Shown: positions 1-13,479 of the stretch, piece by piece | Numbering within the stretch: position 1 is the first letter of the stretch | Layout: each line of letters starts with the position of its first letter | Assembly: GCA_026770705.1 (NCBI GenBank) | Contig: JANJGN010000041.1 | Span: 2,666,001-2,730,000, forward strand | Direction: 5' to 3' | Source of the DNA: Isurus oxyrinchus | Taxonomy: Eukaryota | Length of the DNA: 64,000 nucleotides | The notes under the pieces: generated by a model | Told to the model about the DNA's origin: nothing | The model's database searches: none | Seen by the model: only the letters and a program-made list of their open reading frames with translations | Program-made: the position numbers and the translations under genes

Positions 1-1173
1 AGCTAGAGCATTGAGAATGTTTTCACAACTTACCCAAGGTACTCTTGAAGGGCGGGTTACAGAGATGTTCAGAGATTTTACGTGGAAAGGGAACAGAGAT
101 TCCATGTCAAGATGGTAAGCGACAAGAGAGCTAGCCCTTACAAAATATTCTGGAAGAATGTCATATGTTCTCCAGGAGGTTTATTGCAGGTTCGGGTTAT
201 TTTGTGGGATTGTTCGAGCATTAAAAACTATTTCATTGTGCTAAGTAACTACAAAAAAAATCAAATGCAATCAGGAGAGGTGAATTTCGGGTTCGTAGAG
301 AAATTGCTCATGCAGGGTTCATTTTAATCTCGGGAATTATGTCCCCGGGTGACAGGTATTCACAATGCCTTGACATGAAGAGATTAATATTGACAATGTT
401 ATAGGATTTTTTTTTAAACTGGAATTGTAATACTGTTGGTGTCTCTGTTTGTGTCTGTGTATCTTAGCTGGATGAAAGCCAGCTTGGCTGGGTGACTTGA
501 AGTATAGTAGTTTGCGACATTAATTAGATAATTAGAAGCAGTAAAAGGTGAAACGGAATGCATATTTGTTGAATACACCTTTCAGAAGAATGGGTAAAAT
601 CTTGCTCCTAGCTAGCCGACACCAACCAATTGCATATAAAATTAGTGAAATTACTGTTAGGAGAGGTAAACAAAAAATTTAAAAATAGTAATGCAATTTG
701 AAAACTTGCATTCAAAGGGTTAGCTTGATTTAATCAGAAATTAGTTTGTACATACGAGTCATTGGCAGCTACGATCAAACAATGCTGTCAGTCTGGAACT
801 GTTTCTGCAAAAGAAAACAATTGAAATAAACCACAATTTGAATTCTTAAGGTCAATTGTGCTTTCCCTTGTGTCTATTCAAAGTCTGTTAGTTAATGGTT
901 CCTTGGTGAAGGTTAACCTGGAAGGAATTAATTTGAGAATTTGTTTAAATTGTGTTATGTTAATAATTTGTAGACATGTGTGTACAGTAACATTTCTTGT
1001 TAAATTAATAAATGTTTACTTTAGTTTTGTATGAAAAACCTCGTGATGATTGGTAGTTTTATTTCTGAATTCAGCGCTGTCTCTCAAGCATACCAGTGTA
1101 GGCTAAGACAGTTGTTCAATTTTCCCTTTTGAATTTAAACAACTGAGCCTTTATCAACTGCTGTGTCATAATA
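1..1173 (+). mobile_element. Probable LTR (3' part) of a Gypsy/Gmr1-type retrotransposon
   Basis: Non-coding AT-rich stretch with an AATAAA near 1006. It ends in ...TGTGTCATAATA (a decayed ...CA terminus) directly before degenerate Gypsy pol sequence. The left end is outside the window. Confidence 0.4.
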
Positions 1174-1229
1174 ACCTTTTGTAGTTGAACAGCCTGTTGA
1201 AGCACAATCAGCTTAGTTTGTACAGAAAG

Positions 1230-3255
1230 AGAATCATGGTTTGTTTCCAGATTGTGTGGTGACTAAACCACAGGTGTACCAGTTTAAACAAGAAGTGGAA
1301 TAGTCTAACAGACAGGCAGACATACTGAAATTTATTTAGCTGATAAATCCTTGAAAATATTGCTTAGGACCAGAGGGTTGAAGAGGATGAGAGTGAAACA
1401 TTTAGTTCATTAGTGGAGCTAAATTTGCAGTGTCCAGTCCTAACGCAGATAAACAGCACAGTTTATTCTGAAGCAGAAGCAGTATGCATTACAGAGTTTA
1501 ATTACATTCAGAACAATGTGTTAATGAAGAAAATGAGGCATCGACTTGTTCCAGTAGATGGAAATTGGACAGTAGTGCACGAAGTAGTGATAAGATGTTT
1601 GCACTGGAATTAAATTTTGAGAGTGCCTCATAAAATTTCAATCGCTGTATATTTGGGAATTAGGAAAACCCAACTAATTACAACGGAGAAAATATTGGAC
1701 TTGATTACATAAAGATGTCGCCAAATTCTGTCAAACATGTCACACATGTCAGGTGAAAGGAAAACCACAAGCATCAGTTGAACCTTCACATTTAATTCAA
1801 ATGCCAGTGTTTGTGGAAACATTTAACAGTGTCCTGATTGATTGTGTAGGGCACTTCCCTAAGATTAAAAACGAGAATCAGTACTTACTGACAAAGATAT
1901 ATGTGTCCACGAGATTTCCAGAAGCTTGCCTTGAAGGGAAAGAGCAGCAAAGTTGATTCTAGTGCAGTAAATCATTATTCATTACAAAATATGGATTACC
2001 AAACGAAATGCAGTCGGATCAAGGTGCGAATTTCATCTGTTAAGGACAGCCTAGGAATAAAACTATTTAGGACGACAGCGGATCACCCTGACTCACAGAG
2101 TGGCTTAGAAAGTTGATAACAGTGCATAAAGACCATAATTAGTGTATCTGATCTGGATTATCAACATGCTTCTTTTCGAGGGATTCCATAATTGTTGTTT
2201 TCCATTATGGAGATCATTAACTTGTCAACAGGGTCAGTCCTTATGATTTAATTTATGGTCATGAAGTGTGGGGAAAGTTCAGAATTAGTCCAGAGAACTC
2301 AGTGAGTCAAAATTCAGAAACTATTCGGCTAAATTGAGAGAAAGATTGCGGAAAACATCTGAGGTAACCAGGAAACTGTTCATTATACCTCAGCAAGTAA
2401 CGAAGGCAAATACAGCTGAAAGAGTAACGGGTCTTAGTTTGTAGGCTGTGGACAAAGTCTTAGTGTTTTTGCTAGTGTCAGGTGAACATTTGAAGGCAAT
2501 GTTTTGTGGGCCTTAGCAGGTTGAAACGGGACGGAAGGTGGAAAACTATGTGGTAAAGAAGCCAATGTGAAAGGAAGAGCAGGCCAGTGCTCCATGTAAA
2601 TATGCGTACAGATATTTTAACCGACAGGATAAACAGGAAGAGTTACAGGCATTTGTAAGTCAGGAGACAGAGATAAAGGGTAAGGATTCTGAAACTGACC
2701 AACCACTGTTTTAATTGCATAATGAGGAAGTACAGAGGAACGTAAATGTGCGGTTAGGTTACCTTCAAGGAAAGCGTCAGAATGATTGAAAAGAGCAATA
2801 TTATTCATACAAAGCAATTATTGGAAATAAATTGGGGAATGGATTTTTTCTGTACATGTTACTGTGGTGAGGAATTGAGCTTCAATAAGGCAACACGGAT
2901 AGAGATAAACACGAGTAGAATTACCTAAATTGCGGGAAAAAATTGCATTTCTGCTTCAAAATGACATGATAGCGCCTAGATACACTGATTGGAGTTCAGC
3001 CATTGTTATGGCTCGGAAACCAGATGGGTTACAAGCTCTATGTATTAATTACCGAAAAATGTACGCTACAACAAAAGCAGATTCATATCACAGGTTATGA
3101 TTCGATGAACATATCAAGAAAGTCGGACACTCAGCACCTACCACAAAAATTGACTTGATGTGAGGATATCGACAAGGACCCTTATGTGAAAGGACATCAG
3201 CTTTTCAGACACTGGATGGTCTACATCAATGCCCGTTACTGAATGCCAATTGGCA
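1230..3255 (+). mobile_element. Degenerate Gmr1-type Gypsy LTR retrotransposon internal region (integrase followed by reverse transcriptase)
   Basis: Integrase zinc finger remnants (LGIRKT ~1650, CQTCHTCQ ~1730) and core motifs (DCVGHFPK..NQYLLT..STRFPEA in ORF 1753..1956; QSDQG ~2010; HPDSQSGLE ~2085). RT motifs follow at ~2880-3255 (WSSAIVMARKPDG, TKADSYP, TKIDL, AFQTLDGL). Many stops and frameshifts. Confidence 0.85.
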
Positions 3256-3650
3256 TGAAGAATAAATGCAGCAGCAGTGCATCCTGGAAGGATAATGGGA
3301 AGATGATGCAGTTGCTGAAATGATTGAATTAGAAAAAAAAATTACAGAGCTATGGAGGATGAGAAGATATCGAGTTGGCAGAATTCGGTAGCTTTGGCCA
3401 AGCGCCAACTGAGGCTCAATAGCCAAAATGGCTTTATTTTGTTTAGAATGATTCTTAGTTCAAACACAGTGACGTTTTCTATTAAACCTTCAGCAGTTCG
3501 ATCATTACACAGACCTGTCTCCCTATTAATTACCACAAATCCGGCTTGGGATAGTTAGTGCCTCATCATCACTCTTAAAATGGAATCAATCCCCATTGTG
3601 TGCATGTTATTATTAATTAGTGAGCAGTCGCTCAATTCCTTTAAAGAACA

Positions 3651-3849
3651 AAAATAAAAACAAAAAACTGCGGATGCTGGAAATCAAAAGCAAAAACAGA
3701 ATTACCTGGAAAACCCAGAACGTCTGGCACCATCGGGGGAGAAGAAAAGAGTTGACGTTTCGAGTCCTCATGAACCTTCAACAGAACTCTTTCCTTCACT
3801 GCCGATGTTGCCAGACCTGCTGAATTTATCCAGGTAATTCTGTTTTTCT
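3651..3849 (-). mobile_element. Short Penelope-derived fold-back element carrying a hammerhead motif, flanked by a TSD
   Basis: Matches the 3' end of the Penelope element at 61661-61800. Inverted arms 3692..3753 and 3785..3847. Flanked by TTCCT(T/C)TAAAGAACA at 3636..3650 and 3850..3864. Confidence 0.85.
3749..3789 (-). ncRNA. Minimal type I hammerhead ribozyme motif (A6U variant)
   Basis: Minus strand reads GAGUU-CUGUUGA-A-GGUUC-AUGAG-GACUC-GAAAC-GUC-AACUC: stem I, core box, stem II (one mismatch), GAAA and GUC cleavage triplet. Confidence 0.7.
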
Positions 3850-4129
3850 TTCCTCTAAAGAACATCTGTGCTCTGCTTATCTCCCTGTGACTTTCAGGAG
3901 CTCAACAGAGGAAGTTGACAGCTCTGTTGTTGGTAGTTGGATTCCTGTTGCTGGGAAAGACTTTCTATCTCACTCCAAATTATTATGAAATTGGGAGGTG
4001 AGTGCATCTTTCAATAGTGATTCCTGAACAATATTGATAGGAACAGGAGTCCATTCAACGACTCAATCCTGTACTGTCACTGAATTGGTGCAGGGCAGAT
4101 ATGTGTTGTCTTCACATCGAGGAATCATT

Positions 4130-4400
4130 CCATCGTGTTGAGCGTCACTCCCACTGTGTCAGAACTGAACTAGCAGCGCCAGACTGTGCGTATTTGTGGC
4201 ACTGTGTGCCATTAGCAGCAGCAGAATTGAGTCACAACCACAATCACCAATCACGGACTGGCATATCCCACAAACCACCATAACCGCCAAATCAAGAGTG
4301 CAAACATGGCTCAATGCAGAATGCAGGAGGCAATGTCGGAACCCAAAGCAGCAATGCCGCAACGTCGACGTTCTCAGCTGTAACACAAACATCAGTGGCA
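4130..4400 (+). mobile_element. Shark CR1/L2-group LINE ORF2 fragment (region between endonuclease and RT)
   Basis: HIPQTTITAKSRVQTWLNAECRRQC in ORF 4196..4456 resembles the HIPHSTITIKPGDQPWFNEECRRAC motif of this family. Confidence 0.6.
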
Positions 4401-4417
4401 TGTATATTAGGAGGAGG

Positions 4418-4725
4418 AGAAGGTATAGTGGCATTGTCACTGAGCTACTGATCTAGCGACCCAGAGTAATTCGCTGGTGGCTTGAGTTTGAATACTACCC
4501 CAGCATATGAACGAATTCAATGAAAAACAGAATATCTGGAATTAAAATTCTAATGGTAACCATGGCACCATTGTCCCTTGTTGGAACAACCATACTTTCT
4601 GGGCTTAGAAGTGGGTCCTTACCTGCCCTGTTCTACTGTGAATACACAACCACAGCAATTTGTAGTTGACTGAAATGCCCCAGGAACTGTCCGAGGCAAT
4701 AAATCCTCGCCATGAATTAAATAAT
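4418..4725 (+). mobile_element. Degenerate shark tRNA-derived SINE
   Basis: Head with A/B-box-like GGTATAGTGG...GAGTTTGAATAC, body ATCTGGAATTAAAA..TAATGGTAACCATGG, and tail GGCAATAAATCC shared with local LINE 3' ends. Confidence 0.6.
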
Positions 4726-5239
4726 AATGTTAAATTAATTCAGGCAGATGAGCTAGACTGATGCCCGAGTTTCCACAACCAACGGCTCAGGTTAGTTCAA
4801 AGCTGTGCAAATCAGCCATATCTAACTGTGTCCAACATTTAATAAAAACGAAGGAGTAGTGCTATACAACTGCCCCCGTTTTGAATAGTGTGGGCCGGGA
4901 GTCCAGTCACTAATTACCTCCAACCTGAAATGACAAGGTCCATCATGTCTGCTGAGCTCTCGAAAAAAAAATCATGGATGCCAATATTTAGTTTTCTGTC
5001 CACGGGATGGCACCTAAGGGCTGAAAGATCTGGGTACAGCATCCTGAGAATAATGTGCATAATGTCCATTCAGACTGACAGCTCATTGCGCACTCCTTGC
5101 TGAAGTGTGTTGCGTAGGATTGCCTCATTGCTTCATACCTTCCAGAAATCGCTTCCGATCCCCACCACTCAAATACACGTTGTAAGGTGCCAGACAAACG
5201 TTGGAAGTTTTAGAAGTTTTGACATCAAATTGTGTGACC

Positions 5240-8200
5240 CTCGTCATGTATGGTTCTCCAAATACTCACATCTTCTGTAGTAGGGATCACAACCGGAACT
5301 TTTTGCTCAGAGGGGGCACCAACACGTGCCTCCTTGAATATGTTAACACCCCTTTGTTTACATTTAAGAACATTGCCTCTGATTAGAACACAGCACATTG
5401 AAACTTAATGTAACATTCTTACATATTATGCTCAATCTTTCCTAAGGGCTCCTTCACATCATGGTTTTTGATTGTCAACTTTCAGTTACATTCCTAACTG
5501 AGGCACATCTTCTGTCAGACGGTTTAACAATGACCGATTTCAATATTTTACAACCCACAATCGGTTAAACTATGAAATGTTTATCTATCTGGGCAGAGTT
5601 CTGTGGAGGCCTGAGAGAAACCACGAGAGACACCACGAAGGAAGGAAAGAGAAGGTGCTGGAGGGAAGATCGAATACAAGTCAAGTGCAGTGCAAGCAGA
5701 TTGGCAATGGAAAGAAGAAACTGGTGATGTGAGGGAATATAAATAATATTACAAAGATAAATTTTAGAATTTCGGAGGAATTGTTTGATAGTGAGGGTGG
5801 GAAAATTCCATCATGGTTCTCAAAAGAGAATTTGATCATCATCTGAAGGGAGGCATATGTACGGTTACGCTGAAAGGGAGTTTGAACTGTTTGGTGACTG
5901 CCGCCAACCCATGAGCTCTAATTTTGCTTACTAACTGTTTTGTATGTGTCTTTATATAAAGCTTACCAAACAATCTAAAGATACCACATCGACCAGCTCC
6001 CCGTATCAATTTGCATAATTGTATACACAACATGTACCATCAGATTGTTTAAACATGATTTCCCTTTCCTAAATCCTTGTTGCCTTTTCTAAATCCTACC
6101 ATTTTTATCGAGATATCCTGTTATCACATCCTTTCTTATAGATTCGAACATCTTTCCTAGTAGTTATGCAAATATGAAAGGCTTGTCGTATTCCCTTTAG
6201 TCTCTAACTCCTTTCTTAAATAGTAGGGTTAAGTTTGACACTTTTCAATCTCTACATCTTCCTGAGAATTTTGAATGGTTGTCACAAATGCATTTGACAT
6301 CTCGACTGCCACCTTTTATCAGCCCTGCTGCTTAAGGATCATTAGGCCCAGTGTGATAATGCACTTTAAGTGCCATTAATTTCCCGAATGCTTTTTTTCT
6401 CACTTGAATTAAAATCCAACAGATCCTTTTTTTATCTAGCGCTCTGCTTGTCAATCATTTTTGGGATTGGTTAGTATTTTTCTCCATGATGACAGACACA
6501 AAGTATTTTTTAAATTTGATATGTCATTTCTTTACTACATGAAATACATTCTCCTGACTCTGCCATTGAACATACATTTATTTTTGGTAATCTTTTCATT
6601 TAATTTACATTGAGGAGCATTTCAGAAATTTATTTTGTTTCTCGCTGGTTTATTTGTATGTTCCCTTTCTTATTATTTTTATTGGTCCTCCTTAGCAGAA
6701 TTCTAAAATGCTCCCAAATCTCAGATTTACTATTTATCATATAGGCCACGTAACCCCCAACTGCCCTCCCCCACGGTTTGAAGAGTTTCCTTGCCAGACT
6801 TCTGTGCACTAAAGAAATGTCTTCCTGTTGTAAACTATGTATTCATTGCTTAAATGTTAGCCATTGCTTGTCAAACTCCATACCTTTAGCAAAATTTTCC
6901 AATCTATCATAGCCAATCATTCTCCCGCCCCGTCCCCCTGAATTCCTTAACAGTCTCTTTGTTTATATTAGGACCCTTGTCTCTGATTGGAAAACAGCAC
7001 ATTGAAACATTATAACATATTATGCTCACTCTTTCCTATTGGCCTGTTAACATCATGAGTACCAATGAACAATGTTCAGTTGCACAAGTCTTGATTTGAA
7101 ATAAAACGTGCACTATTTGAATGATCAACGTGCTGCTCTAGAAAATAATCCTGCAACTTTCCTAATAACTCATTCCCTAAAACATTAGAAGGAATCAGTT
7201 TTACCCACTCTGTACGTAGAGAGAAATCCCCCACAGTTAGATTTCTGTGCTTCATACCAGCATCTCTAATGTAATGATATTTTCAGAGACTGACATTTCC
7301 ACCGCAATTTGTTGCAATATAAACAACTCACTGCAATATTTTCTGCTCCCTGCTTTCCGATAGTTGCACACAAACTGATGCTACATTTTAACACTTAAAA
7401 CACCGGTCATTTCTCAGCACAGTACAATGTCCTCTTTGATAACGAGAGCTATCCCAATAACTTTTCCCAGCTTCTTGTCCTTTCAGAATGTCACATGCCC
7501 GAGGATATTCAGTTCCTGCATTGGTTTGCTTGTAGCCACGTCTCCACAATGTCTATCAGATCAGAAATATCAAGTTATATTTGAGATTAGAATTCACTTG
7601 TTTTCATGCGAATGATGCTGGCATTCAAAATTAGAGCCATTAATTCATTGTTTTATTACCGTTTTTGCAAACACCGCCCCTTCCTGCTAGCACACTGCTA
7701 AGCTTGCAATTACTTCTCCTTACTTCCATTACCTGATTACCTTCACCTTTATACCTTTAATGATATATTTTCTTGCCATTTCCATTTTACTTATTCCAAA
7801 TGCACGAGATGATCTCTTCACCCTCTGGTCATTTTGAAACCATCTCTTCTCCAATTGAACTTTATCCCGCTGTTAATCTGCGGGTTTAAGTTTAGACTGC
7901 CCCAATGGCAAAACTCCCACTTTCAAAGTACTGGTGCCAGGGTGACTGAATCGGCACTCATTTCTCCTACAGTATTCTTTGAGACACGTATTAACCTTCC
8001 TAATTTCATTCACGTTACAGCAATTTTTATATCACACTGGTCATAGGCATAAATTGTTAACGTTTATCTTCTGCTGTTTAACCTCGTGCCTTTCTACCCC
8101 CAATCGCTATGCGGAAATTAATTCCTTCTTGTTCCAATCATTTTTGTACTTACATGGACAACGACCCACTGAATTCACTCCGTACAACATGAAGCTCCTC

Positions 8201-8900
8201 TCCAGCCCGAGCAGGTCTCTGAGAAGCTACAAGCTTGGTGGTAACCCAGCAGCCTGGACTCATGTTTTCAATTGCAGTGAACACAACATGACTGTTGCCT
8301 ATCACTACTATATTCCTCTTCGCTCCACCCATTCGAAACACATTCCTCACTATTGTGTCATGATCAGTGCATTCATCTACCTTGCAGTCCTCCCCATTCG
8401 CAAAGCTTGCACGCACTTCATACCTTTTGAAAACGTCATGGACCAAGGTTCCTTGAAGTCTCATTGCTGGGTCCACTTAACCGGCAGACGCGCAGTCACC
8501 CTCCAGCTTCTGACTCCCGACCAATCCGAAGATCTCTCTAATGTAGGGGGAATGACTGCTTACTGGGGCAAATTGTCCAAGCAACATTTGCCCTCATTGC
8601 CTCCCCACAAATGCCTGACCATTTCCACAACTCATAAGCCCACTCAATGTATTCCATCGATAAGTACATTCTGCTAAAATTGGCCCACCAGCAGCCTGCA
8701 AATGCTGACACTGACGCTCATTTATTTAGCCAATTAGTTAATACTTTACAGAGATAAGTTCCCAGAATGTTGCACTCAGCTATATTGGAGACGAGGAGGA
8801 AAACTGTCCAATGACCGGATGCTCATGAAAATAGGAAAAGAAACACGTCTTGACCTCACTTTCCCAAATTCCCATCTGATTCAAATTATCAACTGCTAAA
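5240..8900 (-). mobile_element. Degenerate CR1 LINE(s), including an ORF1 SGNH/GDSL esterase remnant
   Basis: CR1 RT signature (AAACATGATTTCCCTTTCCTAAATCC ~6050) and endonuclease-region remnants to ~7900. ORF 8150..8476 (-) has RNIVVIGNSH, matching the VVIGDS esterase motif of CR1 ORF1. Segment 5376-5490 repeats 6981-7085, so at least two copies or fragments. Confidence 0.7.
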
Positions 8901-9649
8901 GCAATCTAGATCTGTCTCAGATGTAGCCGCGTGCCTACACTGCCTTTTTGATGTGCACATTGAATAACCCTGTGTTGTTATAGTACATCTAATGACTCAC
9001 CAGCTAGCTCAGCATTCCCTTACGGCAATTAACATCTATTAGGAGAATCTATTTCAGGGACCTGGTGCCTATTTGCTGATGTGTTGCCCCAGAAAGAAGT
9101 CACCATGCTTAGGATTCGCACATTACCACAGGATGGTTTGGACATGCTGAATAATTGATAGCGGCGTCATTTCTGCACCAGTTCTTCAGCTTGGTCTGAA
9201 ATGCTTGATGCTTGTACACTTCTCAATAAATCTTCCAAAAAGATACCACGTTGCCACCATGTTGTGCTCTCATTTTCAACATGAACACACCAAGCACAGG
9301 ACAGGAATTGGTAAAAAGATTTTCGACTTTTTAAACTTGGAAATGCATGTAATTTGGTGAAAGGTGACCAAGGAAAATTACCGCTGATTAGCGTCTAACA
9401 TCAACAAACAGTGGTTGGATCACTTATCCGCCATGTTTAACATCAGTTGAAGATGGAATAAAGGTATGAACGACAAACAGTAGATTTGCTTGAGAAGTAC
9501 ACAAGCATCAACATTTGCAGATCTTTCCAATTGTATTCCGTATCCCTTTTTTCTTCACCGTGACAACATCTGAAAGACTTGAGAAGCCATTTCTGACCAT
9601 CATTTAATACTTAGCAACGCTGTGAATCAGCAGTCACGTGCACGTTAGA

Positions 9650-10920
9650 CCGAGTTAAGACGGAAAATGTCATTCCTTAAGCGTATCAGATGGTTCGTCC
9701 GTACGATCCAAGAATTCTTGCTGGCCACAAATGATAATTGAGAGGACACGCACAGTGTGGTTGGGGGAGGTGTCTGTCGTACAAAAGGATACTGACCCAG
9801 TGACAGTTAAGGAACACTGATGTTTTTCCAAGCTTGGATGGTCCGTGTCTTGGGGAGGTGATTGAATATTGTCTTGCTCCCATCCACCTGCTGACCTTAT
9901 CCTTCGAGGGGCAATTGGCTGTGGAATTGGAAGGTGCAGCCGAAGGGTCTTCATGCTTTCGTGCAACGTATCTTATAGATGGTACACACTGCTGCTGTGC
10001 ATCGGTGGTGGAGGGAGTGTATGTTTGGTTTGGTATGATCATCAAGCGGGCTCTTTTATACTGGATTGTGATGCATTGCTGGAGCGTCTTTGGAGCTGAC
10101 TTCATCCTTGAAAGTGGAGAGTATTCAGTCAAACTCCCGACTTGTGCCTTATAGTTAGTGGAAAACCTTTGGGGAATCAGGAAGTGCATAATTCCCCAGG
10201 CTATTCCTGGTTTCAGATATGCCATTGTAGCCACAGTAAATGTGAGACTGGTCCAGAACAGTTTGTGTTCAATGCTGGCCTCCTGGATGTTGATATTGTT
10301 GGTGATGATGATGCCATTGATTGTCAGGGCCAATGGTTAGATTGTCTCCTGCTGTAAATTGTCATTGCCTGGCACTTTTATGAAGTGATTTTTCCTTGCA
10401 GCTATTCAGCGACAGGCTGCATATTTTCCAGAGCCAACATTTATTTGCCTAACACGGTGTTTCTCGCGACTTAAAATACAACCCACACCACATGCCCCTC
10501 ACCACACTCCTTGGAGGATGAGAAGAGCTACGTTATTAGCAAGCAGTTCGGCAGGCACGTAATGCCCCGCCGGTTGGGGGAGGCCGCAACATCCTGACCA
10601 GGTCGTGCTGCACATGAACCTGGGCCTCTTCAGTATCTGAGGAATCGTGAATGCTCCTGAACATTGTGCAAACATCAGTGAACATCCCCACTTCTGACGA
10701 TATGATGGATGGACACACATTGATGAAGCAACAGACGCTGGTTGGCACTCTGGAATTAACGTGAGGAAATCCTGCAGTGTGCCCTCTTGCTTTGCACCTA
10801 AGGCGAGTTTCCAATTGGCACCATTTTTGTTCCGGCACCTTGATGCCACATTCGGTCAAATGCTGCCTTTATGTCAAAGGCACTCATTCTCTCCTCACCA
10901 TTGGAAATAGCGTTTTTGTC
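9650..10920 (-). mobile_element. Shark CR1/L2-group LINE, RT C-terminus and 3' end
   Basis: ORF 9686..10333: HKLFWTSL..TVAT..PQRFSTNYKAQVGSLTEYSPLSRMKSAPKTL..IQYKRARL. ORF 10536..10859: SSEVGMFTDVCTMF (FADD region). Interrupted by an unrelated insert of about 170 bp near 10425-10592. Confidence 0.8.
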
Positions 10921-13479
10921 CAATTTTTTCTTACTTTGTTTGGTGATGATTAACCAAAGCACCTCTAAACGTTATATTTAATTCAATATGACATCTGGCT
11001 GTTGTGGAGGTACATGCCAAGCCTGACAGACACCATTGAGAGATTAGGACTGTTCATGGCCCGTACCTTGCAGTGCTTGTGTTGGTGAAATCTCTGAATG
11101 TAACTCTCTGCAGCATGCAATGACACAAATATTCTGCTGAGCTCACCTAAGAAAAAAAGCCAGGAGTTTTATCATGTGCGAGCCAACATTTCATCAAGAT
11201 GTTGAGCAGATTGCGCAGTACGTATATAAAATCATTCTTTGTTTTTATTGCAAGTGGCTCCAATCATATTGAGAGGGTGCTCTGGAGAACAGACCCTTAA
11301 ACCATTACTGTGCCATAATCTCTGCCTTACCACGCTCCCCTCCCATCCTGCACTCAAACAACATTGGATCTTCTCCCCCATGTTACACCAGCTTTTCCTC
11401 AAGCAGTTAACCCATTACAACTCGTCACCAAAACTTCCCACGGCATCCTAGCACCCCGTAATTCTCCTGTTCATACCATCAATCCTAATTTCCCCATTCC
11501 TCCATGATGTCTCACGTACACAATTTTCCCCATCAACCCTGCTATACTTGTGTCCACACCGTCATTCCTAGGTGCCTGCCCATTTATACCCATCAACTCA
11601 TATCTTCGTTCGTGAAAACTTTTGCCTCAATAGCCTCAGCTTCCCCCATCAACACTAGCTCCTCCCTCACCCGTCGCTGTGCCAACATCCCTACTTAGCC
11701 CATAACTTCTGACTTGCTCCCTCAAACCGTTTTTTCTTCTCCAATAATTTCCATTAATGCTTTGTGCCTTCCCGCGTATCATCAGCCGTCTGATCAGTAA
11801 GGTAGAATGATTCTGAAATATTCAATAAGTCCTGACACAAGCTTGCAAGTTTGGTATTGCACATTTCTCTTACACTTAGCTAACAAATTAACGATTATGC
11901 CACATTTGCAGAAAGTGTGGTCTCTCCAAATGTGACATTCAGCAAGTGGTGATTATGACAATGGCAAACCTGGTTTCCTCAGCCTGATATTTCGAAACTT
12001 TCTGATTGTTTTCTAAAAAGCGTTTCGTTTCATGAACTCCAACCCCGTGTTTAATGCCAACACAATCAGCCACTGATTTTTCTGACTGGTACACAGTCAC
12101 ACGCATCATTGAAAGCTCTGTAGCCTTTTGTTGGCAAAATCTGAAGTATGATATTGTGCTGGAGAAACAGCTGCTGAGCCTCGGGTAATAGTCAATTTTT
12201 TGGGGCTGTTTTAGGAACCTTTCCTGATATTTATTTTTAGCACATGAGTATTGGCTGTTGCAATAAACCCGCTCTGTGATGAGGCAATAAATGACCCGCA
12301 TTCTCATTCCTTGAGAATATTGGATTTCCTTAATCACATTCTAACCAGGGAGAGACCGGTTTCCCTGCTTCTACTACTTATTAGTTTCACTGTCAGGCAC
12401 AGGTTACTGACCAGCAGAAGCGGCAGGAGACTCCGGGCTTTCAGGGAGATGGAAAATCGAAGGGAACCCAACATTAAATTTTTGTCCTCTCAATAAAATG
12501 CAGCTAGTTATTGTTAGCATTTATGCTTTATTGTCTGTTTTGGCAGATGTTAGATGCGTTGTCCAATTTAACGCATCCAGACAATTTAGCCAAGTAATTG
12601 ACTTCATTCTGGAGCTCCTGTGTTGATGCACAATGATTTGCATTTGTATTGTGGTTCAGAATATGTTGCGACTGCATTTGAGGAATGCGCTGGGATATGA
12701 TTAAAATAACTGAAACACTGTTCGTGTGCAGCATTGTCCACTGCTACTTCAGGTTTTCAGTGTTTGGAGGGTCTTGCCAGCAAGGCAAATGTGGAATCGT
12801 GGGGCTGGTCGCAAATGGTAACATTGTCTGTTGAGGAATTGGGGTTTACAACATGAAGGTACCTCTCACTGATTAGACATCATATTATTCAGAATAAGCA
12901 CACCTGCATTGGGCAGTCCACTGGTCGAATTCCCTTTCCCTTCGCACCAATTGTACAAGGACCCATCCCAGCAGCATCACCCGCCAAACCCAGCACCCCC
13001 ATCCACCACACCCCCAAAATCCATTTAGCCGGCCCCTGTTTGCAACCTAATGCATTCCACAATTGTCCATTGCAAATATTGCACATATTTTGGGGAGTGG
13101 TGAACTGAGTTAAACAGCGCTCCGAGACATCGGCCTGTTATTATAGCAAAAATAGCAAAGGCTTTACTGATGAACATGAACAATAAATCTCACAAGGAAA
13201 TTGTTATCCTTCAAATTGTTTTATTTGCCACAAGAATCGAATGTCAGCGACCAAATTCCTGGACAACATACCTGATCCGATATTTAGGGGGATTTGTCAG
13301 GCGAAATTCCCAGTTTTATTCGTGTTCAATATTCATCTGTATACATTCATTGCGTTTTTGAGTTTCTTTTTAAATCACAATCACCTTTTTTGCTTCAAGG
13401 TCGCCTTTGTCAATTATCCGCAGGGGACATTTTTTGCAAGAAGCACTTGTATTTCAGCCCTTGATGTTCTTATCTTTCC

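Noticed and set aside
7979-8677. 232-aa + strand ORF
   Set aside because: Antisense to a decayed CR1 ORF1 esterase region, starts at a non-ATG codon, and has no coherent domain.
8950-9640. Possible ancient DNA-transposase remnant (also 4750-5200 and 10980-11250, which share a weak TCTGCTGAGCTC..AAAAAAA motif)
   Set aside because: No diagnostic catalytic motif could be read by eye. A translated profile search would be needed.
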